DNA of 64,000 nt, taken from assembly GCF_009914755.1 (NCBI RefSeq), contig NC_060947.1; one strand, written 5' to 3'. The notes under the pieces were generated by a model. The model worked only from the letters and a program-made list of their open reading frames with translations. It was not told the DNA's origin and ran no database searches. Both the position numbers and the translations under genes were made by a program. Position 1 is the stretch's first letter. Every line of letters begins with the position of its first letter. This DNA comes from the human T2T-CHM13v2.0 reference genome, Homo sapiens. Shown one piece after another: positions 1 through 16,094 of this stretch.

Positions 1-378
1 TACACCATGGAATACTATGCAGCCATATAAAAGAATGAGGTCATGTCTTTTGCCGGAACATGGATGGTGCTGGAGGCCATTATCATTAGCAAATTAACAT
101 AAGTACAAAAAACTGAATTCCGCATGTTCTCACTTACAAGTGGCAGCTAAATGATGAGAACTCATAAACACAAAGAAGGAAACAACAGACACTGGGTTCT
201 ACTTGAGAGAGGAGGGTGGGAGGAGGGAGAGGAGCAGAAAAGATAACTATTGGTTACTGAGCTTATTAACTGGGTGATGAAATAACCTGTACAACAAACC
301 CCAGTGACACGAGTTTACCTATGTGACAAACCTTCACATGAACCTCTGAACCTAAAATAAAAGTTTATTTTAAAAAAA
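1..378 (+). mobile_element. LINE-1 3' end (ORF2 C-terminus relic, 3'UTR and A-tail; old L1PA/L1PB type), cut by the window edge
   Basis: Typical L1 3' motifs (ATGGAATACTATGCAGCCAT, GCATGTTCTCACTTA, G-rich tract, AATAAAAG followed by an A-rich tail). Confidence 0.9.
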
Positions 379-1144
379 TTAAAGAAACATTAAATGAATA
401 ATACTAAGTGAAATAAACCAGTCTGAAAAGGCTGCATATTTTATGATTACAATTATTTGACATTCTGGAAAAGGAAAACTATGAAGATAGTGCTTTTTAG
501 GGGTTATGGGGAAGTGAAAGATGAAGAGTTGAATCATTAGAGGATTTTTAGGGCAGTGTAACTATTGTTATGGTGGATACATGTTATTATACATTTGTTC
601 AAACCTATAAAATGTACACCACCAAGAGCGAACCTTCATGTAAACTATGGACTTGAATTAATAATAATGTATTAATATTAGCTCATTAATTATAACAAAT
701 ACACCACATTAATGCAAGTTTTAATAATGGGGTATTGTGTATTTGAGGATGTATATGGGAACTCTGTACTATGTTCAATGTTTCTGTTTCAACACCTACT
801 AGGATGGCTGTAATGAAAAAGACAGGATAATAACAGGTGTTGGTGAGGATGTGAAGAAACTGGATCATTCAAATATTGCTGGTAGAAATGTAAAATGTTG
901 CCACAGCTTTGAAAAATAGTTTTACAGTTCCTCATAATGTTATACATAGATACAATATGACCCAGCAATTCAACTCTTATGGATGTATACAGGAGAACTG
1001 AAAGTATAACCCCTCAAAACCTGGTACATAAATGCTCAAAGCAGCATTTTTCATAATAGCCAAAAGACGAAGACAATGCAAATGTCCATTAATTACTGAG
1101 GAGTGGATAAACAAAATGTGGTATGGCCATGCAATGGAATATTA

Positions 1145-1670
<526 letters not shown>

Positions 1671-1699
1671 TCAGGGTGTTGAAAATGTTCTAAAATTAG

Positions 1700-2077
1700 T
1701 GCATGAGTCTGTTCTCACATTGCTAAAGGAAACACCCAAGACTGGGTAATTTATAAAGGAAACAGTTTTAATTTACTCACAGTTCAACATGGCTGGAGAG
1801 GCCTCAGGAACCTTGCAATCATGGCGGAAGGTAAAGAGGAAGCAAGACACCTTCACAAGACAGCCAGAAGGAGAATGAACGCAGGAGGAACTACCAAACA
1901 CATAAAACCATCAGATCTCATGAGAACTCACTATCATGAGAACAGCATGGGAGAAACTGCCCCCATGATTCAGTTACCTCCACCTGGTCTCTCCCTTGAC
2001 ACGTGAGGATTATGAGGATTATGGGGATTAAAATTCCATATGAGATTTTTGGGTGGGGACACAGCAAAACTGTATCA
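1700..2077 (-). mobile_element. MaLR solo LTR (THE1/MST family)
   Basis: TG...CA termini; 5-bp TSD ATTAG (1695-1699 and 2078-2082); THE1/MST core motifs such as GAGAACTCACTATCATGAGAACAGCATGGG. Confidence 0.9.
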
Positions 2078-2867
2078 ATTAGATAATGGAGATGGTTGCA
2101 CAACTCTATAAATATAGTAAAAACCATTGATTTATACACTTCAAAAGGGTAAATTTTATTGTATATAAATTATATTTCAAAGATTATATAAAATATGCAG
2201 TGCTAGCTGCCTTTGTTATAAGTTCAAGCTGTTTCTCAGTACTTCATTACGCAATAATTAGATAATATGCTGGTGATAATCACTCTGTCTTGCAATTTTA
2301 ACAATGAAACCATATGAAAGGTCTGTATAGCTTCATGCTCTGTTGAAATCTGCAATGTGATTATTCCATTTCCTCAAGTTTCCCCTTCTTGAGGTCCTGT
2401 ATATATATGTTTTTATGAAAAATAAGTAAAAAGCATATATTAATAACTAAATATCAAACAGTATGCAATTTTGATAAGTTATATATATCCTAAATCTTAA
2501 TTGGAAACTTTGGGACATATGGTAGCAATTTTAAGTGATCACAGGATTATTTATTAAATGACTGATATAATAACAATGCACTAAATGGCATTTTACTTGA
2601 TCGAAAGCTGAAAGCACTCTCAAACTGTCTGACTTTAGCTGTGTTCACATAAAGCAACAATAAGTCATCCAAAGTTTGATCATTTTGACAGACAGTTAAA
2701 TAGCACCATTCTGCCTTGAAACACCTTCTCACTCTCTGACTGCTCCTCTTCTCCCCTCTTCTATGGCTCTTTCTTTCTCCTCTCACTCCTGACTGTAGAT
2801 ACTCCCCCCAGAGTTCTGTCGTTACACTCTGGGATGAACGTGGATTTGGGAAGGCCAGAGGGAAGAC

Positions 2868-3320
2868 TGTACTGGGCTGAATGATGGTCCCCCCAAAAGA
2901 CATGTCCTCGTCCTAATCCTCAGAACTTGTGAATATTACCTCATATGGCAAAAAAGTGAAAATTATATGATCAAAAAAAGTAACTAAATTAAATGTCTTA
3001 AGAGGAAGATCTTATCCTGAATTATCTGGTGGACCCTAAATGCAATCACACGTACCTTTATAATATAGAAGTGAAAAGAATTTTGAGACAGAAAAGGAGG
3101 AAACAGATTGGAGTGATGTGGTCACAAGCCAAAGAACTTCTGGAGCCACCATAAGCTGGAAGAGACAGAGAAAGGATCTTCCCCTAGTACCTTTGGAGAG
3201 AGAACCCCTGTCAACACCTTGATTTTGGACCTCTGGCATCTGGAACTGTAAGAAAACAAGTTCCTGTTGTTTTAAACCATCAAGTTTGTTACAATTTGTT
3301 ATAGCAGCCATAGGGAACTG
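2868..3320 (+). mobile_element. MaLR LTR (MLT1 family)
   Basis: Starts TGTACTGGGCTGAATGATGGTCCCCCCAAAAG; MLT1 3' motifs (ACACCTTGATTTTGGAC, TTTGTTATAGCAGCCATAGG). Confidence 0.8.
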
Positions 3321-3634
3321 CCTTTATGATTTCTGTGAACTAATTCTCTTGCTCAATGAGTCATAGCCTATGGATCCTAAATCTCCAATAACTAGTAGAA
3401 TTATTGCAAAGAGTCTTTGGATCCTTATATGAAACAAGCCTGATGTTAGATCGTATACATTTATCTTGCATATAGATCTACTATTATATTTTTTCAAGCA
3501 TGTCTATATATTATGTTTAATAGGATATTAATTCATAAAGTATTAGTAAACTCATACTAGCTTTTTGTCATTAACCAACTTCTCCAATAATAGATATTGA
3601 GAGTAGTATTATTATGTAAGCTTATAAGCACAAT

Positions 3635-4055
3635 TTTATATTTTTATAATTTTTATTGTGATAAACATAACATTTACTATTTAAACTATTTTTAAAGTAC
3701 AATTCAATGGCATCAAGTAAATTCACAGTGTAGTGCAACCATCAATACTGTGTAGGTCCAGAATGTTTTCATCACTCCCAAAGGAAACTCCATACCTATT
3801 AATCAGTCACTCCCCAATAACCCCTCCTCCAGTCACTAGTAATTACATATCCGCTTTTTCTCTCTCTGGATTTGCCTATTCTGGAAATTTCATATAAATT
3901 TGATTATTCAACATGTGTTCTTGGTATCTGGCTTCTTTCATTTAGCATAATGTTTTCAGGGTTCATCCATGCTATAGCATGTATCAGTACTTCATTCCTT
4001 TTCATGGCTGAATAAAATTTCATTTTATAAATATATCACATTTTGTTTATCCATC
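3635..4055 (-). mobile_element. L1MB-like 3' fragment
   Basis: Antisense L1 3' motifs (TCTGGCTTCTTTCATTTAGCATAATGTTTTC). Confidence 0.8.
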
Positions 4056-4056
4056 G

Positions 4057-4220
4057 ATATGGTTTAGCTCTGTGTCCCCATCCAAATCTCATGTTGAATT
4101 GTAATCCTCATGTGTCAGGGGAGGGGCATGGTGGGAGGTGATTGGATAATGAAGGCAGATTTCCCTCTTGCTGTTCTCAGGATAGTGAATGAGTTCTCAT
4201 GAGATCTGATGGTTTTGTAA
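4057..4220 (+). mobile_element. MST/THE1 LTR 5' fragment
   Basis: GATATGGTTTAGCTCTGTGTCCCCATCCAAATCTCATGTTGAATTGTAATCC matches the MaLR LTR start. Confidence 0.8.
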
Positions 4221-4439
4221 ATGTTTGCTTAATGATATTTTTATGAATAATACTAGTTTTATTTCTATATAATATTACATTATAAAGGTATATCACAATT
4301 TATTTTACGAATCTTCTATTGTTGAACATGTATGGTGTTTCTGGTTTTTTTTGCTACTATGAAAAATACTGTAGTGAATATAACTGAACACATTATTTTT
4401 AAAGGATCTCTTTATAATATCAAATATGTAAAAAATGAG

Positions 4440-5130
4440 ACGACTGGGAATACACACACAAAAGACTGATGTTGGATCTTCAACTCACACCAGATACAAT
4501 AATTAGCTCTAAGTGGATTTTAAAAAAAGAACTAGAACATATAGCTTTTAAAAGAAAACAGAGGTAAAACTAGATAACTTTGGATTTGGCAATGGTTTCT
4601 TAGATATGACACTAGGAGTTCAAGCAAAAGAAGAAAAAATAAACAAACTTGATTTCATAAAATTAAAAACTTTTATACATCAAAGGACACTATCAAGAGA
4701 GTAAAAAGACAATCCATAGAATGGGGGGAAATATTTGGAAATCGTATATCTGATTAAGATCCTGTATCTAGAATACATAAAGACCTCCTACAATTCAACA
4801 ACGAAAAGAAAAATAACCCAATTAAAAATAGGCAAAAAACTTGAATGGACTTTTTTCTTCTTTTTTTTTTCAGTGTAATTCCTTTTTAAAAAAATTATTT
4901 CAATAGTTTTTGGAGAACAGGTATGTTTGGTTACATGGATTAGTTCTTTAGTGGTGGTTTCTGAGATTTTGGTGCACCCATCACCTGAGCAGTGTACACT
5001 GCATCCAATGTATAGTCTTGTATCCCTTCTCCCCACTCCAACCCCTCCCCCTGAGTCCCCAGAGTCCCCGAATGGACATTTCTCCAAATAAAATATACAA
5101 ATGGCCAACAAGTACATGAAAAGATATAAG
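4440..5130 (+). mobile_element. L1M ORF2 fragment carrying a nested antisense 5'-truncated L1 3' end (~4851-5069)
   Basis: ORF2-like sequence resumes after the insert; duplicated GAATGGAC flanks the nested T-tailed fragment. Confidence 0.75.
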
Positions 5131-6147
5131 CTTAAACTGATTAAAATATAGTATGTGCATATATATAACTGTATAGGCATAGAGAAAATCTTGTGGGATG
5201 TACAGCAAGGAGTTATTAATTTTGGCTATATATGGTGGTGGTGGTGTGTGTGCTTTTTATTGTCTTCTTTTTGTTTATATGTGTTTTAAAAATTTTTTAT
5301 AAAATGAACACTGTTTTTGTAATTTTTCAAAAAGTTACTGTCTTACTAGTAATGTGTGATCTTCATTTTTTTAGGGATCAGAAACCATTGTTCTAGTCTG
5401 TTTAAGCCTCATTCCAACCTGTTCTATCCTGTGTTAGCTGACTGCCCTGTGCTTGGCATCTTGCCTATCTACTCTCTAATTTCTCTTTAATACTTCTCAG
5501 TATAGCAGGCTACACTTTTATGTCAAGTCATTCTACCACATAGCTCTTGTTCATTGAATTGATCCACCAAAGGAGGTATAGGAGCAGGGACATGACTGAT
5601 GCAGTGACAACTCCCCAGCCTAGACGAGCCCTAATTTCTATTCTAACTCTGCAGTTAAGTTGATCAGAAGATTAGTCTTTTTTTCTAAGCACACTTTCAA
5701 AAAACTGTGTAATTGTGACTAGTAACTAATGGAGGCATTGTGGAAACTTGCATATGCCAAGAGTCAAGAACAAAGATGAGAGCTAAATGCCCAACATCTT
5801 TGTTTCTGGTTAAGACTGACTTATGGAATGCAATATATGTAGTAGCAGCAGTTGCTCTCTAACCCAGCAAACTTCTGTTCATGTTATTTTTATGAGGGCC
5901 AATTATGAAATTTTATTATTGGATCTGCTCACCCTTAAACAGTTCTACTCAAATCTTTGGATATAGCATGCTGGTCTGCAACCAACATTTAGTTATTTTT
6001 CTCCTTTTTTTGTATTTAATGGATTCCGGGAGTTCTGATCTCTTGCCAGTGCTTTCTTTGTGATTTCGTCCAATGACTGTCAGGCAGACACAAAGTCAAT
6101 TTCTCAGAATCGATTTTTCTCTATCACAATCTCTTGCTCTATAGCTA

Positions 6148-6179
<32 letters not shown>

Positions 6180-6230
6180 CTTTCCCTCCCTTCCCCCGTC
6201 TCTCCCTCTCTCCTTTCCCTCCCTCTCTTA
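6148..6230. repeat. (CT)n microsatellite and pyrimidine-rich tract
   Basis: Directly visible. Confidence 0.9.
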
Positions 6231-7099
6231 AAAAGGTCTTATTAATAGCATGGGCTTAGAAATTCCACAGTGTGTAATATTTCTACATTAATGAATATTT
6301 GTTTGTCTGAAATGAGATCTTTACTATTTGAACTCATCACTAGGATGAAACTCAGTGAAAGAAATCAGCCATTTGCATCCATTTGACCTCTTTTTCATTT
6401 TTTTTCCATCTGGATTGCCACAGAGTTCTTCTTCCTGTTATTTTCATCTGTCTGAATATTAGTCACAACATTTCTAGTTCCTTTCTAGCTTAAGCTCTTT
6501 TCAGCCAGTATCCAGTTAAATCATTTGAAGTAAGCAAGATCATCTTTGATATCTGATCCTAATTGAACTCAAACTTTGTGTACAGATTATACTCTTCATT
6601 CAAAAGGCTTCAGATTCCCAGAAATCCACAAACTTTTGGGAGTTTTAGCTCAAGAACCATTTTTCAGTGTGTTTTACCCTTTGATCTTTCTTCTATGCCT
6701 GCTCGACAAACATAGACATAATATCTTAAGTCCCTGTGGACATTTTCCCCTGAAATTGTATTTCTTTCTCTCTTAGAAAAAAATCGAATTCTTTTTGTTG
6801 AGTTCCAGTGAGTTTGGCAATTGTTGGTGCTAATAAATCATAAATAGGAAGCCTGGTTCTCCTAAGAACAGAAAATAGTTTGTCAAATGACTGTGGAAAA
6901 ATACCCAGGGCATTATTCCATAAACTTTATTAGATTCAAGAGGAGAATCATTTTTCTCCATATACTCCAATCTTGCCTATGTAGAAGAGTCACCTTGCCA
7001 GTGAATTATACCATTTAATTCAGGTAGAAGGAGATGCCATGACAGGAACATGACTGAAGAGAATCTTATGTATGTGACTGTCTTTCAGTCTTCACCTTA

Positions 7100-7900
7100 C
7101 AAGATTACATCCACCTCCTTGAAACAATGCTCCCTTGATTTCTTTGATATAACCATTTGCAGTTTTCTGGCTCCGTTGTTGCTTCCTCCATCATTGATCA
7201 AACTTTAAATGCTGGAGTTCCTCAGGATATGGTTTTTTTCTCCCTAGATGATTTCATTCATTTCCAAGGTTTCAGCTATGCGCCAGTGAAACCATCCTAG
7301 ATTTTTATACTGAGCCCAAAACCTGCCTACCATAGGTATTTCATAGGCACCAAAAATTCAACAGGGCAAACAGTGTATCCAAGATTTACATTACTTCCCC
7401 CAAATTCCTGTTTCCCCTTTAGTGCTTTGCATTTCAGTGAAAAGCACTGCTATACACCCAGTTAATCAAGTCAGAAAATCAAGAGTCATCTCCAACATTA
7501 CACTCTCTCTTCTGATTAATTACTCACTAAGCCCTATTGATTCTACCACTGACATATCTGTCCACATCTCTCCTTCTCTGTTGCCAGGATTCTAGGGCAA
7601 GCCAACAGATATCACCTCTGCCTCTAGCTTGCACCTTGCCCAGCCTTCCATTCCAATTTGCACACTGTAAACATCAGGACCATTTAGCCACGTAAACCAG
7701 ATTGTGTCACTCCTGAACATGAAAACCATTCAGTGATTTCCTGTTGCTCCTAGTGTAAAGCCCAAACTCCTGCCCTTACTCACTCTTCTTGTACTACTCT
7801 GGCCTTCCTTTACATCCTCCAACATGCCCAGTTCCTTACCATCTTGGTTCCTCTGCACATGCTGCTCTACTTGGAATAGCCTTCAAGACCCTGTTCCCCC
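7100..7900 (+). mobile_element. L2 fragment (ancient LINE)
   Basis: Degenerate L2-like motifs (GCTGGAGTTCCTCAGG, CCCAAACTCCT, GCACATGCTG...CTTGGAATAG). Confidence 0.6.
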
Positions 7901-9325
7901 ACCAAAGGCTTAATATTCAAATAAATAAATAAATATCTCTAGAACTGATACTACATGAACTATGGATGGTAGCATTTAGGAAATTCTTTGGTTCATCAAA
8001 CAGGAAACACATCAAACAGAAAACACATACATGTCCTATAGAAGGTTCTTCTTCCTGTTCGGCATGCCTACCTTAGAATCAATTAATATAATCAAAGTTT
8101 GTCTGTTGTTCTTGTTCATGCAGCAGTACTCTCTTCTATATGGGGAAATGCATAACTTAAAAGAGATGTTTTGCAGTGTCTGCATATTATGCTAAAAATG
8201 AAAATTTTATTCTGTCATCATGTAGACGTAAATCCAGATTTTTGACTTTATGTTTCCATTTTTATCCAAATATTTTTAGCTATCTGCACACATTATCTGT
8301 TTTATTAAGCTGCTCACTTAGTTTCAGGAATTGTTAAAATATGATACTTATAAGTAGAACTAGATTCCTGTGTATCTAAGCCATCTGTTGAGGTTAAAGA
8401 TGAAATAATTATTTTAATAATAACATCTGGATGATAAGATTTCTCAAACAAAATTATATTTATTGGCAAGACAGGGCATCAGAAAAGGTTAACAGTAAGA
8501 TTACATTTGAATTGGATGGTTGTTGCTCAGTAATTTTCTTTTTCCTATATTATTTACATTTTATACATGTATTTAAAAAGATAAATTGCCTTTGCTTTAT
8601 GTTTGACTATATGTCTTTTCCCAGTAACACAAAAAGGATATTGCCAATGGGAAATGTTAAAACAATGCCCCATCTCAGACCGATTTTATCCCTAGATTAC
8701 TCAGAGTTTAAAATAAATAAGAGGCAAATTGTCCTAGGCATGTAACCGGATACTGTCCAAGGCCTGTCTCCTACTATAACAGATGTGCTTTCAATGGCCC
8801 TTTATTGCTCTTCTTATCCTCCTCTTGTTCTGTTGTCCCCTAGAGTCAACAGCTGTGACTACTGTTTGGTCTCTATAGCACTCAGATTCCTTTTTCCTTT
8901 AGTCTTTCAGCAATCTCATTTTCCTAATATATTCGTGTTACTGCTATTGACTGTGCTACAGTATATGTTGCAGTAGCTGTTAGACTCTGAAATTCTATTT
9001 AATCTAGTTTTGTTACAAATAACTCCTAAATTTGGTAGATTATACTGAAGCCAACACTTTCTGGGCATGGCCAAAACAACCTGGCTCTCCATGTCATTCT
9101 GTAAAACTCTGAAGCTTTAGTTGGGAATGAACCAGGACACCAAAGTAAAGCAGATGTCTTAAGCCTACCCTAGGCCAAACATACATTCTCCACCCAAACA
9201 TTCATCCCTCGCTATTTAAAAAAAAACTATTTATTGAACAATTACTTCGTGCAAGGCTTTATACATGGAAATAGAGATACCAAGATTATTAAGATACAGT
9301 CCTTGTCCTTAAGACTTAGAAATCT

Positions 9326-9630
9326 GCTGAGCACAGTGGCTCATGCCTGTGATGCTAGCACTTTGGGAGGCCAAGGCAGGAGGATTGCTTGAGCCCAGGA
9401 GTTCAAGACCAGCATGAGCAATATACTGGGATTCCATCTCTACAAAAAGTTAAAAAATTAGCCTGGCATGGTGGCACATACCTGTGGTCCCAGCTACTTG
9501 GGAGGTTGAGGTGTGAGGATCACTTGAGCCTGGGAGGTGGAGGTTGCAGTGAGAGCCATGATCATGCCACGGCACTCCAGCTGGGTGACAGAGTGAGACC
9601 CTGTCTCAGAAAAAAAAAAAAAAAAAAAAA
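9326..9630 (+). mobile_element. AluJ, inside an antisense L2 relic (~9220-10750)
   Basis: Alu dimer with J-type positions (GGAGGATTGCTTGAGCCCAGG); approximate TSD AAGACTTA. Confidence 0.9.
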
Positions 9631-9702
9631 GACTTAAGAGTCTTAAAATAGAGACAGACTCAAAAGCAATTACCATAAAATATGGTAAATAAGGCTGACA
9701 GA

Positions 9703-10013
<311 letters not shown>

Positions 10014-12426
10014 GCATGAAAGAGAACTGTGGATCAAAATAAGGCACTTTAGGGTCAGAAACCTTCCCAGAGGAAGAGATATCTAAGTGGAAATCTAAAA
10101 GATATGCAGGAATTAACTTCACTGAACACTAGAAAATAGATATCTCAATTAAGAAGTGCAGTGTTTACAAAGGCACAAAACCTTGAAGTAACATGGCTTA
10201 CTGAGTAAACGATCAGTACTCCCTCATGGCTAGAATGTATGATTCAAGGATAGAGTGAGGGGCACAGTAAAAGAAGCCTGTGGAGGAGTGCAGGGGCAAG
10301 TCAACTAGGCTAAGAAGCACGCACTTTATCATTTAGGGCAATGGGGATCCACAAAAAAGTTTTAAGTAGGGGCATGATACAATCAGAATACAGCCTTAGA
10401 TGGCTCACCTTGGTGGCAGTATGGAAAATAGATAGGAAAGGGTCAAGACTTCCGTCAAAATGATCCAGATGCAAGATAAGGGTAAACTAAGGCATTGGTA
10501 GAGGGACTGGAGAGGGGCTGGCATATTAGAGACAATTAGAAGGTTGAATTGCCAGTACATGTAATAATACAGTTATGATACAACGTGGGAAGTGCTATAA
10601 TAATGGTAAATACAAAATACTGTCTAGAAGAGAAAGCAAACTTTTTTTTTGTCTGAAAGAGTTGGGGAGATGAGTTTTGGTTATCCTAGGCAGAAGAAAC
10701 AACATATGTGAGAGCACAGGTGAGTGAAAGTAATTGTGTGTCCAGTGAATGGCACGAGTGGTGTGTGTTGTGAGTGTATGTATGTGTGTGTATGTTTAGC
10801 AACAGAGCACTTTTCCCAACTAAATCTTTCTCCAAACCTCGATATTTAAAATAGACAGAAGTGGTGGACCACTTTTGGCAAAATGTTTCACTGGCAGAAC
10901 TCTGGAGCATCCTGCCCTGTGAGTTTCTGTGGAGCTTAGTTGATAACCTGCTGGGGTAGAACCTTATTTGCTTAAGCCCAAATCACTAAGCTAGGCTAAA
11001 AGTGGATTATTAGACTACTTAAGGAGAAATTAAATTAGCTGCCTCTTACAAGTTTTCTTGATCCATTGCTCCCTCAATCTAAGCTGTGTGCCATGTACTA
11101 GCTAAAGCACTGCAAAGAGCTTTATTCAACCTCTGCAATTAAGGGGAAACTGAGAAACCAATTCCTTTGTCCATAGGGCCAGTTGCATTTTAGCAATCCC
11201 CCATACCCCTTCATCAGTCTTTTACACTTTAGTATTAACATAAGTAAATGAGTATCTTATCCCAAGGACATATGCAATGTATGCATATTGAGTTCTAGGT
11301 TTAATACATGAGTTCCGAGGTCCCCATCTCACGCTGTCTCAACAATGACTCTCAAAACCACGTTAATGTATCTTGGTGGGGGTCAGGAGGGATAATGCCT
11401 TCCTCCATACTCCAGTTTCCTGCTTTTTACATTATTCTGTTCTTTGGGTTCATGTTCTTCAACCTGGGTGCACATACTCCCAAGGCACCCTCAGACTTAA
11501 AGAGATACATAGGTAGGTATTGTTTGAGTGTCTTTTTGTTTTTAACAATTTTCCAGATTTTTAACTTCCATGTGTACTCTTTCCTAAATTTGCTTTGTGT
11601 GAGAACATACCTGATGGTTCTACTTTCCCACTTCCTTTCTCCCACTTTACAAAATAAAGGCACATCTCTAACTCATCTCAAGGCTTACCTTGGTGCCTGG
11701 CCCCAAAACGAAAACTTCTTGAGCACCGAAAGGGATCATTGGAAATATTGATGCTGATATTGAGAAATGTGTGAGCACAAGTACTGAGTGCATCACTTTA
11801 ATGATGGGATAACAAATACTTTTATAAAGGCAAGTCGTTTCCAATGCCTTGCTTTCAACAAAATCAGAGGAGAATCTAACCAAGTTGTCATTTGCTAGAT
11901 CATTACACAGATAGATTATATTATGATCTATCATAAAAATTATGATAGATATAATGTAATCTTTGGCATATATTTAGGAAAGTGCTTAATTGAATGATAT
12001 TATTTTAACTAAACTTTCATTCTTATCTCATTTACATGAACAAGATTTCTCAACATCTTAAGTATACTAAAAATATTGAACTTGTTCTCATTCTAACAAT
12101 AAGTAACATTGATCCACAGATATATGAACTACTTTAAAAAATCCCCTTCCATCACATTAAGAGATACATTCCCAATAATATTCTATTTTATGTTTATTAA
12201 CTATAAGGTTTTATAATATATTTATGTTACTCTAACCAGTCATGTGCTAATGATTATAAAAAACAAAAAAGTCCCAAAGACTCTAAGCCTTACAGTCACA
12301 GGAATAAAATTTTTTTACAATGTAAATTTACATGTTTTATGGTAGGAATTGGGATGTGATAACAAAAGATATTCTAAACAAAAATATATTACATTAGGAT
12401 ACAATTCTGTGGTGTGAATAGAATCA

Positions 12427-13136
<710 letters not shown>

Positions 13137-13340
13137 GGAGTATCTTCATGTATCTTTTACATGGATAATGGTGGATATCAAACTGCTATGGTGCTATGGT
13201 AATTGGTCCCACTTATATTTTTTAAAATGATGCAACAGTTTTATTCTCAAACATCAATATTTGCAATATGCCAGAAATTACATCACTTGAAATATTTAAG
13301 CTTTCATAAATCCCTCCATAGTTGTTAGATGTCAACTTTA

Positions 13341-13499
<159 letters not shown>

Positions 13500-13929
13500 A
13501 TATCTATGGAGCATAGAGTTTTTCCAAAATTCCTTTAGAGGTTATGCAAGTAAAAATATGTGAAGACCACGGTTTAGGATAGAGAATTCACTAAGGGCTG
13601 TTTTAACCTACCTCCATCTTCAGGGGTTCCTGTTCCCAAGAAGTGCCAAGGGTGAAGCAAACTGTAGCTATTGTGTCACTAATTTGTTCCCTTTTCAGGC
13701 CAGAAACAGGACCTCTTCCTATGCCAGACACAAGACCTTTCTTCCCACTAACTTTTTGTGTCTCTACTTTTAACCTCTGTGGCCACTTGTGCTTTCACTT
13801 TCCTTTAGCTCTCCCTGCTTCCCCTTTCCTAACTCAAACTTTCAACAGGGCTTCTCTTCTTCCTTTGCCTGAGTACAAATATGCCTTTAATTGAATATGA
13901 TGAATTCACAACAGCTATAAATTGAAATT

Positions 13930-14210
13930 TTCAGAAGCCAAAAGAGGGAGGCTTCAAGTTACAGTCTCTGGAAACATTTACAGCTAAGGGCTCACAGCTG
14001 CCCCTCTTCCCCAGAGAATTGCCCTGGTCTAATAGGAGCTGCCCATCAAGGAGGATACACCCCGGTCTGGAAGCACTCCCTAGCCAGAAACCTGATAAGA
14101 GCTTTAAAAGGCTGGTCTCTTGACACCAGAGGGAACAACATTGCTGTGCGGTTTATGCTCAAGAACCATCTGCCATGGATCAAGTCAGTGTGAGCCTGTC
14201 CTTCCCAGTT
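13930..14210. mobile_element. Possible ancient ERVL LTR (LTR16/LTR33-like)
   Basis: CCCAGAGAATTGCCCTGG...GGAGCTGCCC motifs resemble recalled ERVL LTR consensus; highly diverged. Confidence 0.4.
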
Positions 14211-14537
14211 CTAAAATCAAGCACACCCTTCTCCTCCTTGTTGATATGTTCTATCAGACATCTTTCCCCCAAACAGACCAGTTCTGGATACATTGAAAAT
14301 CTGTAGACATAGATACGTCCTCCCAATGCCAGTCCCTATGATATCTGATAGTACCTGCTGTCTTAGAGAACTCTAGCAACTCTGTTGCCTTCTGCCCAGT
14401 ACGAACTTCCCGCTGCTTTTGCTCCATGTGTTTGAATAAATGAATAGATGAATGAATGCATCACCAGCAATGGCTTGTTCTCTATGTTCCGTGGCTTCAA
14501 GGCTGTGATCAGGTTGTGAAGAGCTAACAGAGTTCTT

Positions 14538-14660
14538 ATGTTTTGTAGAGATGTTGCTTCACCATGTTGGCTAGGCTGGTCTCGAACTCCGGCCTCACGT
14601 GATCTGTCCCCCTTGGCCTCCCAAAGTGCTGGGATTACAGAGGTGTGCACGACGCCTGGC
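14538..14660 (-). mobile_element. Alu left monomer (FLAM-like)
   Basis: Antisense left arm. Confidence 0.85.
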
Positions 14661-15289
14661 TGAGATTTTTTTCTTTGACCCATGTGTTATTTAGAAGTAT
14701 ATTTTTAATCTCCAAGTATTTGGGGATTTTCCGGTTATTGCTTTCAAGCATATTCCATTGTGGTCTGGGAGCGGGCATTGTATGAGTTCTGTTCTTTGGT
14801 ATTTGTTAAGGTGTGTTTTAGGGTCCAGAATACAGTCTATCTTGGTGAGTGTTGCATGTGAGGTTGAGAAGAATGTGTGTTCTGCAATTGGATGAAGTTA
14901 TCTGGAAATTTCAATTATATCCAGTTTAATGATGGTGCTGTTGAGTTCAACTATGTCCTTACTGATCTTCTGCCTGCTGCACCTGTCCATTTCTGATAGG
15001 GGAGTGTTGAAGACTCCAACTATAATAGTGGATTCATCTATCTCTCTTTTCAGTTCTATTGGGTTTTGCTCTGTTGTCAGGAGCATACACGTCAAGAATT
15101 ATTATGTATTCAGGAAGAACTAACCCCTTCATCATTATGTAATGCCCCTCTTTATCCCTGATAACTTTCCCTGCTCCAAAATAGCTTCGTCTGAAATTAA
15201 TGTAACTACTGCCACTTTCTTTTTATTAGTGTTAGCACATTATATCTTTCTCCATCCATTTACTTTTAATCTTATGTGTTTATATTTAA

Positions 15290-15631
<342 letters not shown>

Positions 15632-15741
15632 AGCTTTTGTTTTTTTGATCCACTCTGAAAATCTGTCTTTTAATTGGCACATTTAGACCACTGACATTCA
15701 AAGTGATTATTGATATAATTGGGTTAATATCTACCATATTC

Positions 15742-16094
<353 letters not shown>
